64,000 bases of DNA from a virus: IMG/VR virus record IMGVR_UViG_3300033553_000842, positions 1 through 64,000 of that record; one strand, given 5' to 3'. The notes under the pieces are model-generated. The model searched no databases, was not told the DNA's origin, and worked only from the letters and a program-made list of their open reading frames with translations. This document shows positions 16,487 through 24,939 of the stretch, in pieces. The translations under genes and the position numbers were made by a program. How positions within the stretch are numbered: the first letter of the stretch is position 1; every line of letters starts with the position of its first letter.

Positions 16487-16542
16487 AGCAAGACACAGAC
16501 AAGAAAAAAGAGGGTGAAGCCGATCAGATCTCGTATCATCAT
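16483..16542 (-). CDS. 19-aa hydrophobic peptide MMIRDLIGFTLFFLVCVLL
   Basis: Starts at a full module GAAGGAACACATGATG; not in the ORF track. Confidence 0.5.
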   Translation of the reverse strand: MMIRDLIGFTLFFLVCVLL

Positions 16543-16555
16543 GTGTTCCTTCCGG

Positions 16556-16576
16556 AATTGCGCACCGTGCGCAATT
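16556..16576. promoter_or_regulatory. Palindrome AATTGCGCA-CCG-TGCGCAATT (copy 5)
   Basis: Perfect 9-bp arms abutting an RBS module. Confidence 0.75.
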
Positions 16577-16727
16577 ATTTTTCAAATTACAGAGCCTCGC
16601 GTTCCTAGAGAAAAGGACTCACGCCCGCGCCTGCGCCTGCGCCTGTTGGGGGGGGTGCAGGGGTAGGCGCGGGCGCGGGCGCGATGCGGACATCGCGATA
16701 TGTGAATGTGTCGCGTGGGGCTTGACA

Positions 16728-16757
16728 CAAGGCGCAAGGTGTGAGCCTTGCGCCTTG
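16728..16757 (-). terminator. Strong hairpin downstream of the 291-aa gene
   Basis: CAAGGCGCAAGG-6nt-CCTTGCGCCTTG; weak U-tract. Confidence 0.55.
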
Positions 16758-16767
16758 CTGATTCGCC

Positions 16768-17643
16768 TTAGGCCGCTTGGCTAGTTGGTGCTGCATTTGC
16801 GGTTGACGCGGTTTTCTTGGCAAGCCGATCGGCCTTGGCTTGTGCCTTTTCCGCTTCGCGCAATACCGACTCACTGGTCAGTACCTTGGTTGACACGTTA
16901 GCGATAAAGGACTCCGCAACACGCCCCTTGGCAGCGTCACTTGCGTCCCCCATGATGAGCCGGACAACTTCTTCCCGCATGGAAGCCGTGGCCATTGCCG
17001 CCCCTTGGCCATGCTCAATTGCGGTTTGCATCGCGGCAATCATGTCTTTGATCATGCTTGGCATCGCAACGGGCGCAACGTCTGGCAGGGTGTCTTCCGC
17101 TTCCGCTTCCGCTTCCGCTTCCGGTGTCACCACTGGCGACTCGGCGCTTGCATCCGCCTCTGGCGCTTGCGCCTTGCCTAGGTCAATCATGGCACTGTTG
17201 GAGTCGGCTTTGGTTGTGGCGATAACGTAAGAGCGCAAGCCCAAGATTGTTTCGCCTGTATCGGCGCAAGTTGTGTCATTCAACGCTTGCAAGATTGTCT
17301 TGCCTTGCAAGGATATCGCCAGCCGTGCGCAAGCGTTGGCGAAATCCTTGTCGCTTGTATCCGCATCGCCAAACAGAATTGAGCCTGCGACCTTGGCAGC
17401 AGTCACCATCCGGCGCACCTTGGAGTCGCGACCTTCCGAGTCTGCTACGGCTTGCGCACGGAATGCCTTAAAACCCTTTGGTGTCTTGCCAAGTGTTACT
17501 TGGCGATACTCGCCCGGATTGTGAACGCCCCATATGATCAAGGATAACGTGCCGTCAAACGCGGCGTTATCGGATGCAATGGCTTGCCTACCTGTGAAAG
17601 AGGCAAGGGCTTTGGTGGTCATTTTGTTGTCAGTCTTGGTCAT
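16768..17643 (-). CDS. Ala-rich hypothetical protein, first gene of the early array
   Basis: 291-aa ORF, AAAAGGAAC RBS, EAEAEAEAE linker. Confidence 0.75.
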   Translation of the reverse strand: MTKTDNKMTTKALASFTGRQAIASDNAAFDGTLSLIIWGVHNPGEYRQVTLGKTPKGFKAFRAQAVADSEGRDSKVRRMVTAAKVAGSILFGDADTSDKDFANACARLAISLQGKTILQALNDTTCADTGETILGLRSYVIATTKADSNSAMIDLGKAQAPEADASAESPVVTPEAEAEAEAEDTLPDVAPVAMPSMIKDMIAAMQTAIEHGQGAAMATASMREEVVRLIMGDASDAAKGRVAESFIANVSTKVLTSESVLREAEKAQAKADRLAKKTASTANAAPTSQAA

Positions 17644-17671
17644 GGCTTAGGTTCCTTTTAGGACTGTGTGA

Positions 17672-17692
17672 AACTGCGCACCGTGCGCAATC
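17672..17692. promoter_or_regulatory. Palindrome AACTGCGCA-CCG-TGCGCAATC (copy 6)
   Basis: Same motif, upstream of the 291-aa gene RBS. Confidence 0.7.
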
Positions 17693-17923
17693 TTGGGCTT
17701 GGGCTTGGCCACCTAGTGAGGTGTGACATATATGCAACACGAATCACTAGACGGTTTACGCCCTAGAAACACCCTACCGCCTTTTTTGCCCCTATGGCCA
17801 CGCTGGTCCGGTGCCGTGTCAAGTACGTTCGCGAAAAATTTTCGAAAAAATGAGTTAACCAGAATGAACCATAAAAACAAGCCCTTAGACGGAAAAGGCC
17901 GGGTCCCGGGTGTCCCGAGAACC

Positions 17924-17970
17924 TGGCCCTTCAACTTAGGAGTTGGCCCTTCAACTTAGGAGTTGGCCCT
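17924..17970. repeat. 20-bp tandem repeat TGGCCCTTCAACTTAGGAGT x2.35
   Basis: Exact tandem copies next to a terminator-like hairpin (17892-17932, minus strand). Confidence 0.85.
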
Positions 17971-18244
17971 AAGCCTCGGGGAGCTCCACCTCTGCCCCAT
18001 ACTCATGGAACAAGGCCAGCCGCTCCTCCAGCAAATGATTGACAATACCTGCAACAGCCACCTGAGCCAGTTTCTCGTCCGTAAGAAGGGTCAATCTGTT
18101 CATACCAATGACCTTCCGGAACCCATAACCCCATTCCTGGGTAGGGTCTCCAAGAGCCTTGATCTGATAATCGATCGCAGCCACCCGTTTCACCACCGCG
18201 TCCAGCTGCTTCAACTTTGCTACGCTAAGTATGCTCATCGTCAT
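17969..18244 (-). CDS. Hypothetical protein
   Basis: AAAGGA RBS; 91-aa ORF. Confidence 0.6.
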   Translation of the reverse strand: MTMSILSVAKLKQLDAVVKRVAAIDYQIKALGDPTQEWGYGFRKVIGMNRLTLLTDEKLAQVAVAGIVNHLLEERLALFHEYGAEVELPEA

Positions 18245-18319
18245 ACCGTCCTTTTTCCAAGATTAACCATTTTAGATATTCGCGCCATTCGCCCCGATCG
18301 ATCGTGACGAACCCCTCTC

Positions 18320-20740
18320 CTACTCGGCAAGTGTGATCCCGTCGTAGAAGGCTTCCTGTGCGCCGGCTTGAGTGCGCTCGAGGGACAATGAGAAGTCCTT
18401 CTCGAACTGGAGTTCCCTCATCATCCCTCTGAAGGCTCTCGATCCCACAGGCCTGGCACCCCCCGGTCCCAGACAGAAGCTCCAGTACTCTTTGTACAAC
18501 TTGTTTTCGGAGATGCGGTTCGATTTCGTCTCTGCCAACCTGATCTTGGGAGAGACCTCGATAAAAAAACGCACACTATTGTTCGCTTGAGCAATCTCCC
18601 CGATCAGCTGCTGATGACTGGCAGGTAATGTGTACTCCCGGTTCTCTTTCAGACGCGCCATCGCTTGCACGGCCCAGGCCACGATAGCCTCCCGCTCCTC
18701 GGCCACGATCGTGTCCCCGAGATTGATCTTCCGGCGCTCTTTCGAAACCGGCCGATTGAACTCGAAGATCAACCAACGCCGGTTGAAGCCCTCGCTGCTG
18801 TCCTCAGTCTTTGGCGTGTGGTTCGAAGCAAACCAATGGGTGCAAATGGGTCTGAATTTGAATATCTGCGTACCCTTATGCTGGCCCGACATCTCGGCAC
18901 CGTCGATGATGTCCTTGAACTTCATCCCGTCGATCTTCTTCTTCTCGGACAGCTCCCCGCACACGTTGATCAGCTTTTCGTGCATCATCGTAGGCAGAAA
19001 CTTGTCAGACCAGTCGTGTGGGGGCACGAAAGACTTGGCATCCGGGGGTACAAGGCTCTGCGCGATGGTCAAAAGTTGGCTTTTACCACTTTTTGCCACC
19101 CCCTTACACAGGATCGCCCGCTGGTACCGAGGCCCCATACCGAACAAAGTGACGCATAAGGCCTCCTGAAGTGCCGCCACCTTGTCCATTTTGTCGGGGT
19201 CAACACCCCAAGAAGTCTCCAAAAAGTCGAAGAATTGATGTGATTTTCCGCTCAATTCGGGCAAATAACGGAACGGAAGCGTGTAAATCATGCCCTGATC
19301 GGGCTCATGTGGCACCAATTCCAGCTCTTCTGTGAGGAACCCGTTCGCAAAGTTGACCCCCCTAGCATCACTGCGGCGAATACCCTCGTCTGCGAGGTTC
19401 ATCATCGTGGCATAGATACCTTTATGGTCGCTGTGCCGCCGCGCCGCCTGGAGATGGCCGAAGTCCCGCGCCACACGGGCCATAAGTTCATTATCGCTCA
19501 GCGCCTCCCAATGGGATCCGGTGTATTTCCACAAAGAAGCCCCATGGCGACGGATCGTGTAAATATCCTCGAGATCGTCCAGCACCGCCTTCGCGATCTC
19601 GCTGTGATCCTGGCCTGTGACCTCGCCGCTGCGCAGTTCACGCAACCTGGCCCTCAGAGCCGTGACCTTGAGGCGCAAGCCCCCGACGTCAACGATGTAC
19701 TGGATGATCCGCTCTTCATCGATCTTATTGAGGTTGGCTGCGCGGGACACGCGGACCAGCACATTGTCCACGGCCTCGGCACGGCCTCGGCTTTCCTCGG
19801 GGTGTTGCTCGAACTTGTCTTTCAGATATTGGATCGTATCCTCGAAGGTCCACTCCTCGTGGTCCCGGTCGAAGTCGACCCCCATGGCCTCTTTCTCAGA
19901 ATCCGCCAGACCCTCGTCCCAACCCTCGGGCAGGACCCGGCCCTTCTCCAACACGTCACGACGCAAGAATCGCAGCAGGTTGTCGATGTGCTTCTCGCCC
20001 CCCGCGTCATCGCCCGCGACCTTCTCGATGAAGTCGGACTCGTAGGACCGGAGCATGCCGATCGCCTCGTTCAACGAGCGCTCCCCCTTCAAGACGGCGA
20101 AGGCAAAGAGCCCCGCTTTCTCAGTCAGGGTCACGTCACGAGATCCCCGCGAAATAAAGTCTGTCACGCCCGACTGGCCCGACACCGAGAGATCAACCCC
20201 GGCCTCTTTCAGGGTCTCGCGCAGCAGACCCTCGATACCCTCAGGCAGGACCGGCAAATTACCCCAGACATCGACCAGATCACAATTGGCGGTATAGGGC
20301 TTCTGGGTCGTTGGGTGGATCGATGGCGGGAGCACCACCTGGGTCCGGTCGGACAGGTGCTCGACGATGGTCTCACCACGGTCGTTCTTGATCCGGAAGG
20401 TCCGGACCCCGCTCCAGCGGTAAGCCAACACCATTCCCTTGGCCCCGACCCGTTTCCACGGAGACTTCGGGAGGACGCTCAACAGGACATCGATCAGCAC
20501 CTGATCCTCGGTGTCGATATCGATCATCACCATCTGGGACTGCTGACCCAGCACGATCCCGATGTTCCCATCGGCACAGCTCTGCTGCCAGCCCGAAGCC
20601 ACATCAGCCTCTACCTTGTGGTCATGGTACCGGGACCAGTCCAGCGGGATCGGCCGCTTCTCCTTAACGTGCAGGGGGATAACCGGTAAGCCCAGTTTAT
20701 AATACGCTCCACTGGCGTCTGCAAAAATACCGTTACTCAT
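18320..20740 (-). CDS. Bifunctional primase-polymerase / SF3 (D5-like) helicase
   Basis: N-terminal Prim-Pol (PVIPL, NIGIVLG, DID, VVLPPSIHP); D5_N-like VNF.NG; Walker A GVAKSGKS; GFNRRW. Confidence 0.9.
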   Translation of the reverse strand: MSNGIFADASGAYYKLGLPVIPLHVKEKRPIPLDWSRYHDHKVEADVASGWQQSCADGNIGIVLGQQSQMVMIDIDTEDQVLIDVLLSVLPKSPWKRVGAKGMVLAYRWSGVRTFRIKNDRGETIVEHLSDRTQVVLPPSIHPTTQKPYTANCDLVDVWGNLPVLPEGIEGLLRETLKEAGVDLSVSGQSGVTDFISRGSRDVTLTEKAGLFAFAVLKGERSLNEAIGMLRSYESDFIEKVAGDDAGGEKHIDNLLRFLRRDVLEKGRVLPEGWDEGLADSEKEAMGVDFDRDHEEWTFEDTIQYLKDKFEQHPEESRGRAEAVDNVLVRVSRAANLNKIDEERIIQYIVDVGGLRLKVTALRARLRELRSGEVTGQDHSEIAKAVLDDLEDIYTIRRHGASLWKYTGSHWEALSDNELMARVARDFGHLQAARRHSDHKGIYATMMNLADEGIRRSDARGVNFANGFLTEELELVPHEPDQGMIYTLPFRYLPELSGKSHQFFDFLETSWGVDPDKMDKVAALQEALCVTLFGMGPRYQRAILCKGVAKSGKSQLLTIAQSLVPPDAKSFVPPHDWSDKFLPTMMHEKLINVCGELSEKKKIDGMKFKDIIDGAEMSGQHKGTQIFKFRPICTHWFASNHTPKTEDSSEGFNRRWLIFEFNRPVSKERRKINLGDTIVAEEREAIVAWAVQAMARLKENREYTLPASHQQLIGEIAQANNSVRFFIEVSPKIRLAETKSNRISENKLYKEYWSFCLGPGGARPVGSRAFRGMMRELQFEKDFSLSLERTQAGAQEAFYDGITLAE

Positions 20741-21000
20741 CCCGTGGCCTCACTCATATAAAATGGATTTATGACTCTGACATTGGCGACGTCCTGGGGG
20801 AGGTAGATGCGACCGTCACATATCAGACCATCACGCTTGATTTCCTCTACCCTGCTCACAACCTTGGCTAAGAAAGGTTTAAGGGGGTCCAGCTTATAAT
20901 AATCATACGCGGTCTGTTCTTTTTCCGTCAGACGGACTGAAATCCGGACGGGGTCGCTTGAGACCACATGGACCTCTAGCCAAATTCCCAAAACCGTCAT
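20737..21000 (-). CDS. Hypothetical protein
   Basis: ATGA overlaps at both ends. Confidence 0.55.
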   Translation of the reverse strand: MTVLGIWLEVHVVSSDPVRISVRLTEKEQTAYDYYKLDPLKPFLAKVVSRVEEIKRDGLICDGRIYLPQDVANVRVINPFYMSEATG

Positions 21001-21443
21001 ACTTCGTACTCCTTCAAGCGCTCACGCACTTCAGTTACTTGCCCGGGCTCGAGCACTTCTTCCATGACGGCCAGGACCGTCTGATAGAACCGCGAGATCT
21101 GGCGAATGTTCAAAGCCCGCTCCTTCAACCCGACCAGCTTCTCGAGCAGGGCCGTGGAGGTGCGAAAATAGCTCATCCGCTCGGAGTGGTCGTCTGTGGC
21201 GAAGCCGTCTTTGGCGTCCTGAAGGCCCCGGAACAGCCCCGTGGTCTCTTTGACCAGATCGACCTCTTCCAGGTCGTCCCTAACCGCCTCAGCCTCTTCA
21301 ACGCCCCCGAGCAGATCGAGGAGCCAGGTGGGATACTCATCAGCCTCCTCGAGATAGGTCGGGTCCATCCCCACACACTCGGAGAGCTGCTTGAGCTGCT
21401 CCAACGTGTCGGGATCAAATTTAGGGTAATATCTATCAGTCAT
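20997..21443 (-). CDS. Helical protein, candidate terminase small subunit
   Basis: Acidic helical 148-aa ORF divergent from terL; assignment is positional only. Confidence 0.45.
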   Translation of the reverse strand: MTDRYYPKFDPDTLEQLKQLSECVGMDPTYLEEADEYPTWLLDLLGGVEEAEAVRDDLEEVDLVKETTGLFRGLQDAKDGFATDDHSERMSYFRTSTALLEKLVGLKERALNIRQISRFYQTVLAVMEEVLEPGQVTEVRERLKEYEV

Positions 21444-21569
21444 GCTGTCCTCACTACTTTGCAGAAACCGGTATAGTCGTCCCCATTACTTGCGTAAAGA
21501 CCTTTTTATACATTACATAGTAATCAATAACTGTAGAAATGCGCCCTATTACTGTGCTACGACTTTTGC

Positions 21570-23306
21570 ATGAGTGCCTATTTCAAAGAACTGGTCGACA
21601 GGATCGACTCCCGCTTCAGTATCGACTCCAAGGATATGTCCATTGGAGATTGGATCTGTGCCAACACCAAGCTGCGTTCGAGGCCGTTCACCTTCGACCG
21701 GTACCCGTTCCAGAAGGCGATTGCGGACGACATGCACCCGAACATGGATGTGGTGAAACCCTCTCAGGTGGGTCTGTCCGAGGTCCAAATCCGAAAGGCT
21801 CTCGCCTTTCTGGCCCGGAACCGCGGCACCTCACTGATCTTCACCATGCCGACGGACCAGATGTTCGAGCGGATGGCCGCGACCCGGATCCTGCCGATCG
21901 TCAAGGAGGAGAAGGTCTTCAACCTGGGAGACGATAAACCCACCCGGTCCAAGGGCCTGATGCAGATCGGCACCAGCTTCCTATACGCGACAGGTATGAA
22001 GGAGGGGGATGCCACCTCGATCTCGGCCGATGTCGTCCTCAACGATGAAATCGATCTGTCCGACCAGCAGATGCTGGCCCTGTTCAACTCGCGCCTGCAG
22101 AACTCGGACTGGAAGATCAACCAGCGCTTCTCGACGCCGACATTCCACTCCTTCGGGGTGGATGCGGGCTACCAGAAGTCGGACCAGCGCGAGTACATGT
22201 GCAAATGTGATGCCTGCAACCACTGGAACATCCCGGTTTTCTCGGAGTCTTTCGTGGACCTGCCCGGGCTTCCATCCGAGACCTCCCTGATGGAGATCGA
22301 CGAAAGCCTGATCGATGCCGGGATCATCAATCTCAACGATGGCCAGGTGGTCTGCGAGAAGTGTCGTGCCCCACTCGACCTCGGGCGCACCGAGAACCGT
22401 GAATGGGTCGCTCGGTTCGGGTCCCGGACGCACCACCGGGGATACCGGGTTAGCCCCTTCTCCACCGACCGGCTCTCCCCCGCCTACATCATCAGCCAGA
22501 TGTTCCGGTATCGGCAGAAGGACTACATGCGCGGTTTCCACAACACTGTGCTGGGTCAGGCGTATAACGCAGGTTCTGCCCGACTCTCGGAGGCCGAGAT
22601 CCTGGCATGTATCACGCCAGAGAAAAACACCCCGACCCCCGACCGCTCGAAACCCACCTGGATCGGGATCGACGTCGGTAAGACCTGCCACATGATCGTG
22701 TCCCAAGGAAACAGTCTCGAGGACCAGCGGTGTATCCTGTTCAAGTCCCTGCCGGTGGAGAAGTTGCTCGAAGAGGCCGAGATTATCCTCGAGACCTACA
22801 ACGTGATCGGGGGCTCGTGCGATCGACACCCCTACACCCCCACCGCGGACGCGCTGCGGGAGCTCTCGAAGGGTAAGATTCTCCCCATCGAGTACCGGGG
22901 GCAGAAAGACGTCAACCTGATCACCGATGCCCTCGACAAAGAGAAGGTCATGCACGGGCAGGTCAACAGAACGACGATGATCGATCTGATTGTCAAGGCG
23001 ATCCGCCTGGGCCGGATCTCGTTCTCAGGCTACGGCGAAAACCGGGCAACGATCCTTGAGCACTTCCAAGACATGGTCCGCGACGAGACCCCAGAGAAGC
23101 CCGCCACCTGGGTCAAGCTTACAGGCAATGACCACTTCTTTCACGCCGGAGCTTTCCTGGCGTCAGCAATCAAAATGAAGGAGTTGGAACACGGTCTCTA
23201 CAACGATGATCGGTCCACCGTGATGCTCACCGGGGTCAACATCGGGTCCGTTGTCCAGGGACCTTTCAACATTTCCAAGAAGCGACAGGGAATCGGATTT
23301 CGGTAG
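21570..23306 (+). CDS. terL: Terminase large subunit (lambda GpA-like)
   Basis: PFQKAI, Walker A K.SQVG.SE, Walker B VLNDEID, STPT, Zn CxxC pairs, nuclease GIDVG and NDHFFHA. Confidence 0.92.
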   Translation: MSAYFKELVDRIDSRFSIDSKDMSIGDWICANTKLRSRPFTFDRYPFQKAIADDMHPNMDVVKPSQVGLSEVQIRKALAFLARNRGTSLIFTMPTDQMFERMAATRILPIVKEEKVFNLGDDKPTRSKGLMQIGTSFLYATGMKEGDATSISADVVLNDEIDLSDQQMLALFNSRLQNSDWKINQRFSTPTFHSFGVDAGYQKSDQREYMCKCDACNHWNIPVFSESFVDLPGLPSETSLMEIDESLIDAGIINLNDGQVVCEKCRAPLDLGRTENREWVARFGSRTHHRGYRVSPFSTDRLSPAYIISQMFRYRQKDYMRGFHNTVLGQAYNAGSARLSEAEILACITPEKNTPTPDRSKPTWIGIDVGKTCHMIVSQGNSLEDQRCILFKSLPVEKLLEEAEIILETYNVIGGSCDRHPYTPTADALRELSKGKILPIEYRGQKDVNLITDALDKEKVMHGQVNRTTMIDLIVKAIRLGRISFSGYGENRATILEHFQDMVRDETPEKPATWVKLTGNDHFFHAGAFLASAIKMKELEHGLYNDDRSTVMLTGVNIGSVVQGPFNISKKRQGIGFR

Positions 23307-23390
23307 AAAGTAATTGACTTTGTAAAAACCTAGTAACGACCCCTGCTACTCTGATATAAACCAGGTAATCGTCTATAGACCGGAAGTAAT

Positions 23391-24869
23391 ATGGCCCTGA
23401 ACGTACAGTCTCTCCTGAAGGTTATCCTGCCGAACAGGGCCAATCCCAAGGGGACGGCTCTGACCTCGACGTTCAACCCGTCGAACAGTGATAACATTCT
23501 TTCGCTCCCGACCTATCGGGATCACCTCCAAGATATTTTCGACACCCGACAAGCCTCAGACAGTCGAGCTCTGCTGAAGAGCCTCTTTGTCCATGACCCG
23601 GATGTCTCTGCCGCCGTCAACGCCTTCCTCACCGTGGCCAATACCGAGCCGGTCTTCGTCTGCAAAGACCTGGACGGGGTAATTGACCGAGATGCTCAGA
23701 AGGATCTGAACGTCCTGATCGCGGCCCTGACCACGCGGTTTGATTACAAGAACGGCTTCGAGCTGCGCCCGAGCTTAAGGGCAATCTCGGAGAGCATGCG
23801 CTACATGGTCCTCTTGCGGGGCTCAGTTTCGGCCGAACTGGTCCTGAACAAGCAAAAGCTCCCCAACAACATCCGGATCGTGGACTCTGCCACACTCGAA
23901 TGGTTCGAGAAAGAGGCCGGCAGCTTTAAGCCCCAGCAGAGCCCCCCTTCATCGAACGAGAAGATCTCACTGGATATCCCCACGTTCTTCATCTCGTTCT
24001 TCCGTCGGGACCCCACCTCGATCTACAGCTATTCCCCGTTCGTGTCCTCGATCAATACGGTCGCCGCCCGCCAGCAGGTCATCAACGATCTATACCGGAT
24101 TATGCGCTTCACAGGATACCCCCGGATCGAGATCACGGTTCTCGAAGACGTCCTGATGAAGAGTGCCCCCAGCGAGATTACTTCGGACCCGAAGAAGAAA
24201 GCTTCCTGGGTCTCAACACAGATCCAGTCGCTGACAGCCCAGTTATCTGATCTGCAGCCTGAACAGGCGTTTGTCCACACAAATGCAATGCAAGCCAAGA
24301 TCCTGAATGACAAGAACCCTGGTATGGGGATCAACGTCGACAGCATCATCTCGGCCCTGAACGCTCAAAACCAAGCAGCGCTACGCACCATGTCCACAAT
24401 CCTGGGCCGGGGCGAGAGCGGCGTGAACACAGCTTCCGTCGAGGCGCGGTTGTTTACGATGACCGCCGAAGAGATCAACGAACCCGTTGGTGAGCTCTGG
24501 TCCCAGATGCTGACAATGTCGATCCGCATGCTGGGGCATGAAGAGATTACGGTCCACTGCTCCTTCACCCCTGCCGAGATGCGCCCCTCCCTGGAGTTGG
24601 AAGCCCAGCTCTCGATGCGCCAGGCCCGGCTCCTCGCTGATCTTTCCGAAGGTCTGATCACTGACGATGAATACCACTTGAAGATGTACAGCCGGATCCG
24701 GCCAGACACGGCTCCTGAGCTCTCGGGCACCAAATTCTACAACGCCCCCGCCGCGTCAGCTGAGCCTGGAGGAGACCAACCTTCTGCGATCGAGAAGACC
24801 ACCAGCCCCGAGGGCGGAAAGCCCGCCGGAAACGGGAACCAGGTGACCCCGAAAAAATCGTCCAAGTAA
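23391..24869 (+). CDS. Portal protein
   Basis: 492 aa directly after terL; DPDVSAAV and G.PRI motifs; helical. Confidence 0.8.
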   Translation: MALNVQSLLKVILPNRANPKGTALTSTFNPSNSDNILSLPTYRDHLQDIFDTRQASDSRALLKSLFVHDPDVSAAVNAFLTVANTEPVFVCKDLDGVIDRDAQKDLNVLIAALTTRFDYKNGFELRPSLRAISESMRYMVLLRGSVSAELVLNKQKLPNNIRIVDSATLEWFEKEAGSFKPQQSPPSSNEKISLDIPTFFISFFRRDPTSIYSYSPFVSSINTVAARQQVINDLYRIMRFTGYPRIEITVLEDVLMKSAPSEITSDPKKKASWVSTQIQSLTAQLSDLQPEQAFVHTNAMQAKILNDKNPGMGINVDSIISALNAQNQAALRTMSTILGRGESGVNTASVEARLFTMTAEEINEPVGELWSQMLTMSIRMLGHEEITVHCSFTPAEMRPSLELEAQLSMRQARLLADLSEGLITDDEYHLKMYSRIRPDTAPELSGTKFYNAPAASAEPGGDQPSAIEKTTSPEGGKPAGNGNQVTPKKSSK

Positions 24870-24873
24870 TGCT

Positions 24874-24901
24874 TTGACACAACGTACCAATAACATGTAA
24901 T
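24874..24901 (+). promoter_or_regulatory. Candidate sigma70 promoter of the head operon
   Basis: TTGACA-16 nt-TGTAAT. Confidence 0.4.
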
Positions 24902-24939
24902 TTCCCAGTTAACCAAAGTTGTAAAGTGAACCACTCATA

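Noticed and set aside
9540-16580. CRISPR array or mini-array from the recurring CATCATGTGTTCCTTTC repeat
   Set aside because: Copies are separated by whole genes of variable length and coincide with RBS/start codons; no cas genes are present.
17094-17123. CTTCCG hexamer run (also the GGC run near 36623)
   Set aside because: In-frame linkers (EAEAEA, poly-Gly); length changes would not switch phase.
11021-17692. N4-type virion RNA polymerase hairpin promoters
   Set aside because: The loop sequence varies (GGG, AGG, CCG) and no virion RNAP is in the window; an operator fits better.
15669-24901. Shared 12-mer ATAACATGTAAT at 24890 and, reversed, at 15669
   Set aside because: Two copies only, each explained by another element (candidate promoter, RBS repeat).
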